This document shows positions 29,331 through 36,955 of a DNA stretch of 54,668 nt, piece by piece. Made by a program: the position numbers and the translations under genes. How positions within the stretch are numbered: the first letter of the stretch is position 1; every line of letters begins with the position of its first letter. Location: positions 1 to 54,668 of the IMG/VR virus record IMGVR_UViG_3300008450_000051, one strand, 5' to 3'. The notes below the pieces were generated by a model, which was given only the letters and a program-made list of their open reading frames with translations, did no database searches and was not told where the DNA came from. The stretch is from a virus. Taxonomy: Duplodnaviria; Caudoviricetes.

Positions 29331-29653
29331 GCGATTAATCTTATGTGTTCTAGTATAGCGTTTAATGATTCATCGGTAGGTGACTTGTATGCCTCCAGTT
29401 CATCGTGGACTTTTGCATACGCTTGGTCAGACCTATACCTTGAGGAGTGCAGAGAACGGCAGTAGACAATCACAGTGTGGTCAACACCCATCTGCTTACC
29501 AATCTCGGTTAGTGTGTATCCTAGATTCACGCTGAGGATTTTACCTATTGCGTGGCGGATTCTAACTGCACCCGCTTTTCGGGAGCGGTCTTTTCTGATA
29601 TCAATTCCGTACTTGTTCTTGGCAAATTCACAGAGGTCGTGGTACTCTTGCAT
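29327..29653 (-). CDS. DnaA domain IV-like HTH protein
   Basis: 'SRKAGAVRIRHAIGKIL...GYTLTEIGKQMGVDHTVIVY' resembles the DnaA C-terminal 'IG..F.RDHTTV' motif. Confidence 0.75.
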   Translation of the reverse strand: MQEYHDLCEFAKNKYGIDIRKDRSRKAGAVRIRHAIGKILSVNLGYTLTEIGKQMGVDHTVIVYCRSLHSSRYRSDQAYAKVHDELEAYKSPTDESLNAILEHIRLIA

Positions 29654-29934
29654 TGTTCGTATTTTTTAATTAGTTGAATAACTGCATCTGCTAACTCTTC
29701 GTTGATAGTGCGTAGCTTATGCACCACCAGTGCGTTTCTTTCTATCTTGTCTAGCTCTTGGTTGATAGCGAAGAACACCTTCTTTGCTGATTCTAATCGT
29801 CCCATATTGTTTGTTTAACTGGTTAAAAATGTTGGCAGATATCTCGTTGTAGGAAAGCCTCTCGCTAGGGTAGGTACTCTTAAACGTAGGCCGATAAATA
29901 ACTGGGGGCTTCTCATCAAAGAAGAAGCGTTTAA

Positions 29935-30141
29935 TCATCTGAAACATATGCGTTTGTTTAGTTTGTTTGATGAACAAATAGTTCTGTCTCTTACGTAGTC
30001 GGTAACTCTAGACGCTGGTAGTCCGGTGAATTGTCCGGCAGCCGACCTAGAAGGGAACACTCCCAGTAATTCTTTTTTGTCGACATCAAATACCTTTGTC
30101 TTGATACCCTCTACGTGCAGTCCGATTTTCTCTAACCTCAT
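29935..30141 (-). CDS. NUMOD1-like DNA-binding protein
   Basis: 'VFDVDKKELLGVFPSRSAAGQFTGL...VTDY'; start set at MRLEK. Confidence 0.6.
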   Translation of the reverse strand: MRLEKIGLHVEGIKTKVFDVDKKELLGVFPSRSAAGQFTGLPASRVTDYVRDRTICSSNKLNKRICFR

Positions 30142-30202
30142 AGGCTTAGTAAAGTAAGAATGGTTACGATTAACAATATGATTGGCAGTGTGAAGTCCTT
30201 TT

Positions 30203-30403
30203 TCATTCAATCTTTTTTGAGATGATGATACCATTGGGTGTACGCTCTACGATTAACCCATTCTTTTCCATCTCTGCCAGTTGCTCATCCAGTGGCATAA
30301 TCGGGCCGTCAGTTCGGGAGAATCCTACGTTGTCAGGAATCTTACCACTGGCGGTCTTCTTTACTTTGATTGTTGACTTCTTGTTGAATGCGTTGTCATT
30401 CAT
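30203..30403 (-). CDS. hypothetical protein
   Basis: 66-aa ORF in early operon. Confidence 0.5.
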   Translation of the reverse strand: MNDNAFNKKSTIKVKKTASGKIPDNVGFSRTDGPIMPLDEQLAEMEKNGLIVERTPNGIIISKKIE

Positions 30404-30571
30404 AGGGTTTTGTTTTTGTGTAAGTTAATAATGTTTTTCTTTAGCTCATCAAGGTAGATAATAATTTTATCCACATCGTGCTTGTTGACTTCATCTCGTA
30501 ACTGGCTTTCCGTTTGCAGTCCTCTGTCATACCACCTAGAATCATCACTCATTTGGTAGTAGAAATCGTGG

Positions 30572-30865
30572 TCAATAACTCTTTTCAGTAACTCTTTCAT
30601 TTGCAAATAGTTGTTTAAATCCTCTATAGATTCCCCTCTTGTACGCATCCGTCTCGTGGTTGAATGCACCGGCCAGTATCAGAGAGGTGACTGATACATA
30701 CTTCGTTTCAATGTAGTGGAGGAGGTTGGAGAATGTCTTACCCTCTCTCAGCCTATCCAGTAGTTCTTCGGGAGACGTAACTGGGGTGTCATCGAACTGA
30801 TTGATTCGCTTTGCGTTAATGTGCGCATCAGCGATTGCTTTGATTTCTGGGGTGATACGTTTCAT
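30572..30865 (-). CDS. hypothetical protein
   Basis: 97-aa ORF preceded by TAACCAAAC leader. Confidence 0.55.
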   Translation of the reverse strand: MKRITPEIKAIADAHINAKRINQFDDTPVTSPEELLDRLREGKTFSNLLHYIETKYVSVTSLILAGAFNHETDAYKRGIYRGFKQLFANERVTEKSY

Positions 30866-31281
30866 AGATTATTGTTTGGTTACTAATCCTAACTGGACAG
30901 CGGTCTCGGCATCGGCTTCGCTACCGAATTCAATCTCGGCGGGATACTCTCCTTCGGGGGAGGTGATTTCAAAGTCGAGGTCTTCATCCATTAGATACAT
31001 AATGTCGGATCGGGAGTGTGCTAGGTACTTCATATATTTATAGTTTTTGATAACGCTTCCAACCTACTTGCTTCTCATCCTCAGAGGCGAGTCTTCTATA
31101 CTCCTCGCGTAACTGGGACTTTAGCTTTCGGTCTTTTGTTTTGTGATACTCTTCCCACACCTTGTCAATCTCTGACTGGTGTGTCGGCTGATAGATTTTC
31201 GATTTCATTGGCTAATTGGATTAGTTCTTGAATTGCTTCTTCTATTTCTTTCATTTATAATTTGTTTTTTTCATTATCTTT

Positions 31282-31572
31282 TTACCAACTTGTCATAGCT
31301 CGTTGATAATTAGGATTACTTTTTAATGCTTCATCACAAGCAGTTTCAATATCCTTATCTATAATTGTTCTAAATCCTTTGTATTGACCATATGCGCCCC
31401 CGTATGTTTGCAACTGCAATATCTCTTTATTTTCATCTAAGTATTCTTTTACTTCTTTGGTGTCATTTTTAAATACTTCATATAAAGTAAGAGTCCCAAC
31501 TTGACCATAGCGGTCTACTCCACATTCAGAATAAAATGCTACTAATTTTTCTTTAATAAATTCTTTTTTCAT
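31282..31572 (-). CDS. hypothetical protein (AT-rich)
   Basis: 96-aa ORF, visibly lower GC than its neighbours. Confidence 0.6.
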   Translation of the reverse strand: MKKEFIKEKLVAFYSECGVDRYGQVGTLTLYEVFKNDTKEVKEYLDENKEILQLQTYGGAYGQYKGFRTIIDKDIETACDEALKSNPNYQRAMTSW

Positions 31573-31631
31573 AATTTTTTAAATTAGATTTTACCAACTT
31601 GTTTGATAATAAAATTGTTGTATCTCTTCCA

Positions 31632-31898
31632 TTACCATTGATTTTCGGTGAAGAATTTGTATGAATTTTGTAGGCTACCAGTTGTGCCTTTCTTTACCTC
31701 ATCGCGACTGGGGATGCGGTTGCCGTAGTAGTCTCGGTGGGACTCTTTGGGTAGGAAACAAGCGCCTGCTCTTAGTAAGTCCATTGCAGAGCGACCGATT
31801 GCTCCTTCCATTTTCCACGCCAGTCCAGTTTCAATTAGGTGTTGCATCTCTTCGTAGCCTTGCTCACGCTGATGCTTGCGGATAGTTTGAATGTGCAT
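31632..31898 (-). CDS. hypothetical early protein
   Basis: MHIQTIRK...'LIETGLAWKMEGAIGRSAMDLL.AG.C...RDYYGN'; start after TAACCAAACCC leader. Confidence 0.6.
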   Translation of the reverse strand: MHIQTIRKHQREQGYEEMQHLIETGLAWKMEGAIGRSAMDLLRAGACFLPKESHRDYYGNRIPSRDEVKKGTTGSLQNSYKFFTENQW

Positions 31899-32064
31899 AA
31901 CATAGGGTTTGGTTAATAATTTCAACGATAGTATCTTGGACTTCAAACTCATCATAAAGGTCTGTGTTTGTGCAGTCCTTTACATATCCTAGTTCAACTA
32001 GCTTGTCAGTAATTCGAATAGCGATGTCTCTTACATCATCTTCCGATAAGAATTTGCTTGTCAT
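31864..32064 (-). CDS. hypothetical early protein
   Basis: 66 aa, preceded by conserved leader. Confidence 0.55.
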   Translation of the reverse strand: MTSKFLSEDDVRDIAIRITDKLVELGYVKDCTNTDLYDEFEVQDTIVEIINQTLCYAHSNYPQASA

Positions 32065-32079
32065 AAAATTAGGGTTTGG

Positions 32080-32343
32080 TTAGGAACTGGGAGTGGAGTC
32101 GGAATGGTTAAACTCCGTTAAAATACATAAGCCTCTATCTGCACAATCTTTTACTATCTTTTTATCATTATGCTTTAGGAAGGCTACTATGCATTCATAT
32201 TCGGGCTTGTATCGGTCATTAAATGATGATAACTGGTAATCATAGAATAATTTTTTAATGTCTTCGTATAGTAGGTCGTACTCGTATTGAATGCCTATGA
32301 TTTCGTTATACAACTGGGTGAATAAAAAGAAAGAATAGTTCAT
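32080..32343 (-). CDS. hypothetical early protein
   Basis: 87-aa ORF. Confidence 0.55.
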   Translation of the reverse strand: MNYSFFLFTQLYNEIIGIQYEYDLLYEDIKKLFYDYQLSSFNDRYKPEYECIVAFLKHNDKKIVKDCADRGLCILTEFNHSDSTPSS

Positions 32344-32360
32344 AAATTTATTTTTTTTAG

Positions 32361-32621
32361 TTAATCAATCTCAATAAGTTTTCCGTCAACCAATTCGTAC
32401 TGATAGTCATCCTCCTCCCAATCCGTCCAGTAAGAATCGGTATCGGGAATCAGTTCGCCTTCACTATCAGTAGCGCCACTATACACCATATCGTGCCATT
32501 CAGCATCGGTGTATACTTGGTTAAGGCATTTATCGGAGCAGTAGTATGCCTCTCCTCCTCCAACTACATAGCCTTCGTTCATTCCGCACTCACATTGAGT
32601 GCATTGTCTTGCGTATTTCAT
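32361..32621 (-). CDS. small Cys-containing acidic protein
   Basis: CTQC...YCSDKC zinc-binding pattern, acidic C-terminus. Confidence 0.65.
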   Translation of the reverse strand: MKYARQCTQCECGMNEGYVVGGGEAYYCSDKCLNQVYTDAEWHDMVYSGATDSEGELIPDTDSYWTDWEEDDYQYELVDGKLIEID

Positions 32622-32637
32622 ATGAGTGGTGGTTTGG

Positions 32638-32841
32638 TTAAAAATTTAGCATTTCTATTTGTGATTTCAAGTACTCTTCAGCTTGATACCTTTTTTCTTC
32701 ATCACTTATTGTAATATTCTTGCCGTTGGCAAATTCAATATGTACTTTGCCATTATTTTGATGTGGTTTAAATCCACATTCCTTACCGATTAGTTCAAGT
32801 TGAAGCATCGCGTAACGAGTAGTTAAACTTATTGTGTTCAT
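32638..32841 (-). CDS. hypothetical early protein
   Basis: MNTISLTTRY..., after TAACCAAACCCC leader. Confidence 0.55.
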   Translation of the reverse strand: MNTISLTTRYAMLQLELIGKECGFKPHQNNGKVHIEFANGKNITISDEEKRYQAEEYLKSQIEMLNF

Positions 32842-32857
32842 ATGACTGGGGGTTTGG

Positions 32858-33010
32858 TTAATCATTTAAAGAATTAAGATGCTCTATCTCTGATTCATCA
32901 AGGTAGATGCGTAGACCATTATCTAACTTTATGTAGTTCACTCCTACATCAATAATCTTTTTGCCTACAATCCATTCCTTTGCTTCTTGCGTGAGGGTTA
33001 AGGTTGTCAT
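32858..33010 (-). CDS. small early protein (50 aa, below cutoff)
   Basis: MTTLTLTQEAKEWIVGKKIIDVGVNYIKLDNGLRIYLDESEIEHLNSLND*. Confidence 0.55.
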   Translation of the reverse strand: MTTLTLTQEAKEWIVGKKIIDVGVNYIKLDNGLRIYLDESEIEHLNSLND

Positions 33011-33032
33011 ATTTTATGGGGTTTTGATGAGG

Positions 33033-33076
33033 AACTGGGGGTGGTATCGCTCCACCTTCGCACTCTGCTCCCAGTT
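33033..33076 (-). ncRNA. tRNA-like three-way-junction element, copy 6
   Basis: AACTGGG-A-GCA(GAG)TGC-GAA-GGTGG(AGCGATA)CCACC-CCCAGTT. Confidence 0.7.
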
Positions 33077-33084
33077 GTTGGTGA

Positions 33085-33315
33085 TTAGCACCACGCTTGC
33101 GAACTGCTGATAGCCACCATAAACAATTGCTCAAACTCTCCCTTTGTTATCGTGGTGAAATCATCCCATCCGCAGTAAGCATCAAGAAGGTCAAGCGGTG
33201 ATGACTTGCCATACTCCCATTTATATACACCGAATGGTATTTCTTTTAGTCCATTTACTCCTTCCCTTTGGTAGGTAATTATTGCTTGGAAACCGAATAA
33301 AAAATATTGATTCAT
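33085..33315 (-). CDS. hypothetical early protein
   Basis: MNQYFLFGF..., start 20 nt after RNA element. Confidence 0.6.
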   Translation of the reverse strand: MNQYFLFGFQAIITYQREGVNGLKEIPFGVYKWEYGKSSPLDLLDAYCGWDDFTTITKGEFEQLFMVAISSSQAWC

Positions 33316-33334
33316 TGTATTGGGTTTTGGTGAG

Positions 33335-33381
33335 GAACTGGTCGGATAGCGAGTCCGATTGATGCCGAGCATCGCCAGTTC
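33335..33381 (-). ncRNA. tRNA-like three-way-junction element, copy 5
   Basis: GAACTGG-C-GATGC(TCG)GCATC-AA-TCGGA(CTCGCTA)TCCGA-CCAGTTC. Confidence 0.7.
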
Positions 33382-33387
33382 GTGTGT

Positions 33388-33567
33388 TTACTCGTTGTCG
33401 TATTCGTTTTTATACCAATGTGAGATGTGAATTAACCTATCAATTAACTGAGAATCTGACTCTTTGGCGAGGTCAATAAAATCTTTGTGAGTAAATAAAT
33501 CTAATTCGCTTCCAGTCAGTTCAACAATGGCATCGACTAGTTTTTGTCTAATTGTGTTTGGAGTCAT
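33388..33567 (-). CDS. small early protein (59 aa, below cutoff)
   Basis: MTPNTIRQKLVDAIVELTG...YKNEYDNE*, flanked by RNA elements. Confidence 0.6.
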   Translation of the reverse strand: MTPNTIRQKLVDAIVELTGSELDLFTHKDFIDLAKESDSQLIDRLIHISHWYKNEYDNE

Positions 33568-33588
33568 AGTATTGGAGGTTTGGTTAGC

Positions 33589-33630
33589 AACCGAGGGCAG
33601 TATCGCTCTGCCTTAACCACTCTCTCGGTT
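33589..33630 (-). ncRNA. tRNA-like element, copy 4
   Basis: AACCGAG-AGAGTGGTTAA-GGCAG(AGCGATA)CTGCC-CTCGGTT; linker resembles a D-loop. Confidence 0.7.
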
Positions 33631-33638
33631 TGGGTACG

Positions 33639-33899
33639 TCAGCTATTTACTCGTTCTGCAAATTCCTTTAACGTATGGTAGCTATATGAATCCGACTCGT
33701 ATAAATCATAGAGAAATTCTTTTGCGCAGTAGAATCTTTCTACCTCTTCGCCGAAATACACTTGCTTGATAAGGTCGTTAATGGTTGGGAAAATGACCGC
33801 CGTAGTTCTTGTAATTACAATGTGAACTGCATTGCCATTGCCATCGTGACGGCATTCGTAAGTTTCATCCGCTTTGCGGAGATGTTCGCTATGCAACAT
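33639..33899 (-). CDS. hypothetical early protein
   Basis: 86-aa ORF flanked by RNA elements. Confidence 0.6.
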   Translation of the reverse strand: MLHSEHLRKADETYECRHDGNGNAVHIVITRTTAVIFPTINDLIKQVYFGEEVERFYCAKEFLYDLYESDSYSYHTLKEFAERVNS

Positions 33900-33919
33900 A
33901 TTACTGGAGTTTTGGTTAG

Positions 33920-33966
33920 GAACTGCTCCGGTATCGCTCCGGTATGACCGCTGAGGTCGGCAGTTC
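33920..33966 (-). ncRNA. tRNA-like three-way-junction element, copy 3
   Basis: GAACTGC-C-GACC(TCAGC)GGTC-ATA-CCGG(AGCGATA)CCGG-A-GCAGTTC. Confidence 0.7.
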
Positions 33967-33972
33967 GGGGGA

Positions 33973-34317
33973 TTATTTACCTATCAAATCAAGAAAATCC
34001 ATACAAGTGTATTTACCTTCTAATGGCTCCCATACTGAAACCCCTTCTATATTATCTATATATTCATTTTTGTCTTCACTATTTTCTATTCTCCTTACTT
34101 GCTCCTCTATCTCTTCTCCGTCCCAATTACTTAAATAATATGATGCATTTGTTACATAATCTTCTGGAATGGCATTCAGAATACTCTCAGATTCCGCTTT
34201 TAAATGAAGGATAAGACCTTCGGTTACTACGCAATTGATATCGTTATTGGTAGTTGGGTTGTAATTTTCAACTGCTTGAGTTATAGCTTCTATTGCTTTT
34301 CTTACTTGAGTTTTCAT
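33973..34317 (-). CDS. hypothetical early protein
   Basis: MKTQVRKAIE..., acidic, 114 aa. Confidence 0.6.
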   Translation of the reverse strand: MKTQVRKAIEAITQAVENYNPTTNNDINCVVTEGLILHLKAESESILNAIPEDYVTNASYYLSNWDGEEIEEQVRRIENSEDKNEYIDNIEGVSVWEPLEGKYTCMDFLDLIGK

Positions 34318-34333
34318 AATGTTTTGAGTTTGG

Positions 34334-34492
34334 TTAATGCTTAAAAAATACACTTAAAGATTTTGTATGCTTATTTGCTTGGTAGTATAATGGCTTTTCG
34401 TTTTTGCCTGCCATTGATAGCCATAAATTCAAATGTTGAGTAGATTTGAATGTTCGGCAATAAGTTTTTGACTGATGTTGAATCTTATTCAT
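34334..34492 (-). CDS. small early protein (52 aa, below cutoff)
   Basis: MNKIQHQSKTYCRTFKST...; start 20 nt after RNA element. Confidence 0.5.
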   Translation of the reverse strand: MNKIQHQSKTYCRTFKSTQHLNLWLSMAGKNEKPLYYQANKHTKSLSVFFKH

Positions 34493-34511
34493 TTTATAGG
34501 GTTTTGATGAG

Positions 34512-34557
34512 GAACTGCGGTCGGTTTCGCTCCGACTTCGGTCTTACCTCGCAGTTC
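34512..34557 (-). ncRNA. tRNA-like three-way-junction element, copy 2
   Basis: GAACTGCG-A-GGT(AAG)ACC-GAA-GTCGG(AGCGAAA)CCGAC-CGCAGTTC. Confidence 0.7.
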
Positions 34558-34562
34558 GGCCG

Positions 34563-34772
34563 CTACTTGAAATACTCTTCCACTAATTCAGTATAATCAT
34601 CATTTTTACCATACCCTCTAAATACTTGTAAATATTTAGAATCATACCCATTCATTAGCTTATCTATATCACTTAATGAAGGGATTTTACTTCTTGTTTC
34701 ACTACCTTGTATAGATGGGTATGGGGAATTGAAATCCCTTTCTGATGTGTGAAATAATAATTGGTAATCCAT
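34563..34772 (-). CDS. hypothetical early protein
   Basis: MDYQLLFHTSER..., flanked by RNA elements. Confidence 0.6.
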   Translation of the reverse strand: MDYQLLFHTSERDFNSPYPSIQGSETRSKIPSLSDIDKLMNGYDSKYLQVFRGYGKNDDYTELVEEYFK

Positions 34773-34791
34773 TTTATTTAGTTTTGATGAG

Positions 34792-34834
34792 GAACTGCAC
34801 ACCATTGAAGGTCACGGCCAAACCGATGCAGTTC
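34792..34834 (-). ncRNA. tRNA-like three-way-junction element, copy 1
   Basis: GAACTGCA-T-CGGT(TTG)GCCG-TG-ACC(TTCAAT)GGT-G-TGCAGTTC. Confidence 0.65.
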
Positions 34835-34921
34835 GGGGGACTTATCTACAAATTTGGTCTTGCAGTAAACCTACTACATACCCTACTACCAGTAGGACAA
34901 GTAATAACTGAATAACTTGCT

Positions 34922-35116
34922 TCATAGAGGTGACAATTTAGTTTGACGGCATACACGCTCCCATTTTAAGTCGCGTAGGATTTGCTTAGAATCCCCACCT
35001 AACTCGGCAAGGATTTGCTTTACCCGATTGTGGGTAGAGATAACGGCTTCCGCTCTGCGGATAACTTGCCCATTGGCTTTTGCCGTGAATAGGGGGGACT
35101 TAATTCTTTTGCGCAT
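34922..35116 (-). CDS. small basic early protein
   Basis: 64 aa, start after CCCAGTT leader. Confidence 0.55.
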   Translation of the reverse strand: MRKRIKSPLFTAKANGQVIRRAEAVISTHNRVKQILAELGGDSKQILRDLKWERVCRQTKLSPL

Positions 35117-35230
35117 AACTGGGAGATTGAAGGGTTATAAAATCGGTTTGGAAGGTCACAATCTGCCAACCCTCATAGAGGAATTTACTGGCTATTTGCT
35201 GACCTCTTAGGGTGGTGATGTTAATGGTTA

Positions 35231-35410
35231 TCATAGTTTTTCAATTGCTTTATTTGAAAGTCCTAGTGTTAATACGGTAACTCCCATTATTGAAGTAATT
35301 GCGCCAAACATCATAAAGCCTTTATCTAGGTAAGGAAGTCCCGCTAGAAAGAAAGGGTTTAAAATGATTGCTGGGATTACTAATTTTAATAAGAATACTA
35401 GTTTTTTCAT
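35231..35410 (-). CDS. small membrane protein, first gene of early operon
   Basis: MKKLVFLLKLVIPAIILNPFFLAGL...; two hydrophobic stretches; start 13 nt after the hammerhead. Confidence 0.6.
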   Translation of the reverse strand: MKKLVFLLKLVIPAIILNPFFLAGLPYLDKGFMMFGAITSIMGVTVLTLGLSNKAIEKL

Positions 35411-35423
35411 AACTGGGGTTTTT

Positions 35424-35472
35424 GGTTTCGCCTTGCTTAGGCTCATCAGTACGGATAGCGTATCCGTAGACC
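35424..35472 (-). ncRNA. hammerhead ribozyme (type III topology)
   Basis: Minus strand GGTC^TACGGATA(CGC)TATCCGTA-CTGATGA-GCCT(AAGCA)AGGC-GAAA-CC: complete core, GUC cleavage triplet, 8-bp stem I, 4-bp stem II, short 3-bp stem III. Confidence 0.85.
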
Positions 35473-35886
35473 TTATCCAATCTGTCGGAGGATGAACTGC
35501 CGATGCGACACCGCATCCGTTTACACCCTCATTCCGACTCCGAAAGAGCGCTACGATAATCACGGTCACACCGCTTGGGGTTTTCTCTCCCCGACTATCC
35601 CTCATCAATGCACCGACAAGGTAGTGGTTTCCTAAAAGTTAGCCATTAGGTATGGGCTGACTGGTTTGGGGCTGATAGCCTTAGGTCGGAGGTCATCCGA
35701 GCATCATAACTGGTACTAACGGAGGAGAGGGCGGTAGGTGACTACTGATGCCTTCGCTCGTTTCCCGATGCCGTAAGAGGTTTGGTGTTCCGTCCATCAT
35801 ACTCACCTATACGGGTGGATGGGTGGGAGTGCGTTACCCTAACTCAAAACCTTAAAAGAACTTCGGACTCACTAACGAATCCGAGG

Positions 35887-35919
35887 CAAACATACATCGG
35901 CAGGGTAACTACTTCCAAA
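35887..35919 (-). promoter_or_regulatory. Bacteroidota sigma70-type early promoter
   Basis: Minus strand TTTG-N21-TATGTTTG, perfect -33/-7 consensus, A-tract upstream. Confidence 0.8.
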
Positions 35920-35939
35920 TTTATTTTTTTAAATTGCAG

Positions 35940-36001
35940 TTATCCACATAAAAAATAGCTTGTAAGTTATTGAAAATCACAGCGTAGAAAAGTTATCCAC
36001 A
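35940..36001 (+). promoter_or_regulatory. two perfect DnaA boxes (TTATCCACA)
   Basis: TTATCCACA at 35940-35948 and 35993-36001, same orientation, AT-rich context. Confidence 0.6.
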
Positions 36002-36057
36002 TTTCAAAAAAAGTTTTGACTGGATGGGTAACTGGGGGTAAAAAAGGGGGTATCGGC

Positions 36058-36133
36058 TACTAATATTTTTAGTATGCGATGCTAAAGAATTTAGTCGATC
36101 CTCTATGAAACGAAATTGCTAAAGAGATTAGCA
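36058..36133. promoter_or_regulatory. three 17-bp operator-like inverted repeats
   Basis: TACTAATATTTTTAGTA (36058), TGCTAAAGAATTTAGTC (36080), TGCTAAAGAGATTAGCA (36117). Confidence 0.6.
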
Positions 36134-36156
36134 AAAGGGGGGAGTTCGGGGGTATA

Positions 36157-36489
36157 CTAAAGCCGTTTGTTAAGTAAGTAGTTACGTATATAGGATAGAT
36201 ATTCTCTCCCTAAAGGAGTAATAGAGTAACGCTTGTGCGTCTCCCTAATGGCAAGGCCAAGAAGACAAAGAGAATTCAAGTAGTTCCAAGAGGAGCGATT
36301 GTCAGCCCTCTTAACGTGTGGACGATGCAAGAAGACAAAGTCAGCCAAGGCCGTTTGACTGGTAGCACCAAGACGCTTGAGGCCATACAAGAATCGTAAC
36401 TGGGTGTAGTTTAACTGGGGAATCCCAGTACGCTGAGAGGCTCGGTAAATAGCCGTATCAACACACAAAAAAAACTTCTCTATCTTCAC
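36157..36489 (-). CDS. winged-helix (MarR-like) DNA-binding protein
   Basis: 'LNYTQLRFLYGL....ATSQTALAD', 'L..LGLA', 'YSITPLGREYL' wHTH signature. Confidence 0.7.
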   Translation of the reverse strand: MKIEKFFLCVDTAIYRASQRTGIPQLNYTQLRFLYGLKRLGATSQTALADFVFLHRPHVKRADNRSSWNYLNSLCLLGLAIRETHKRYSITPLGREYLSYIRNYLLNKRL

Positions 36490-36923
36490 GGGTGCAAGGT
36501 TTTTTGTAAAGGAGGGAGGGGGGCTATTGTATCTTCAAACACACACGCATAATCGCCACATTCCCAATAAGTTACAAGCTTTTTCTCCAGTTCCGTTTCC
36601 CCCTTCATTTCATCCTTATTGGATTCGCGACCAGTACATTTATAACCTAAGCGTATGTGTGTCAGCCAGTTAGGTATTCTATGGGGGTTATATGGTATTA
36701 CCCGTTCGAGCCTAAAATCGATTTTGGAATGCCAAAAAATACCCCCACCCAGTGCGCGATTTCGGGTTCGCAACTGGTCGCGTACCCACCCAAATATATG
36801 TATTACCCCCACTCTTTTCCCACACACATCTGATCTATAAACCCTTGGCATAAACTCTCGATTTTTTGTAGTTCAAAAATAGGGTATATTTTGTTGTTAT
36901 ATACGGCTGTGAATAATTTGTAT

Positions 36924-36955
36924 TTTGGCGGTTCGGGGTTCTCTTTGTATGTTTG
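36924..36955 (+). promoter_or_regulatory. Bacteroidota sigma70-type promoter heading the rightward region
   Basis: TTTG-N20-TATGTTTG. Confidence 0.75.

Noticed and set aside
33033-34834. Repeats as a CRISPR array or true tRNA genes
   Set aside because: Copies differ in sequence, are separated by 200-550-nt protein-coding spacers, and lack an anticodon arm; no cas genes are seen
35231-35608. 125-aa ORF and overlapping 35322-35516 ORF from the track
   Set aside because: The N-terminal extension runs through the hammerhead and leader; a better start with the operon-typical leader is at 35410
36486-36851. 121-aa minus-strand ORF
   Set aside because: No recognisable motif and atypical composition in the strand-switch region; probably spurious, though not excluded
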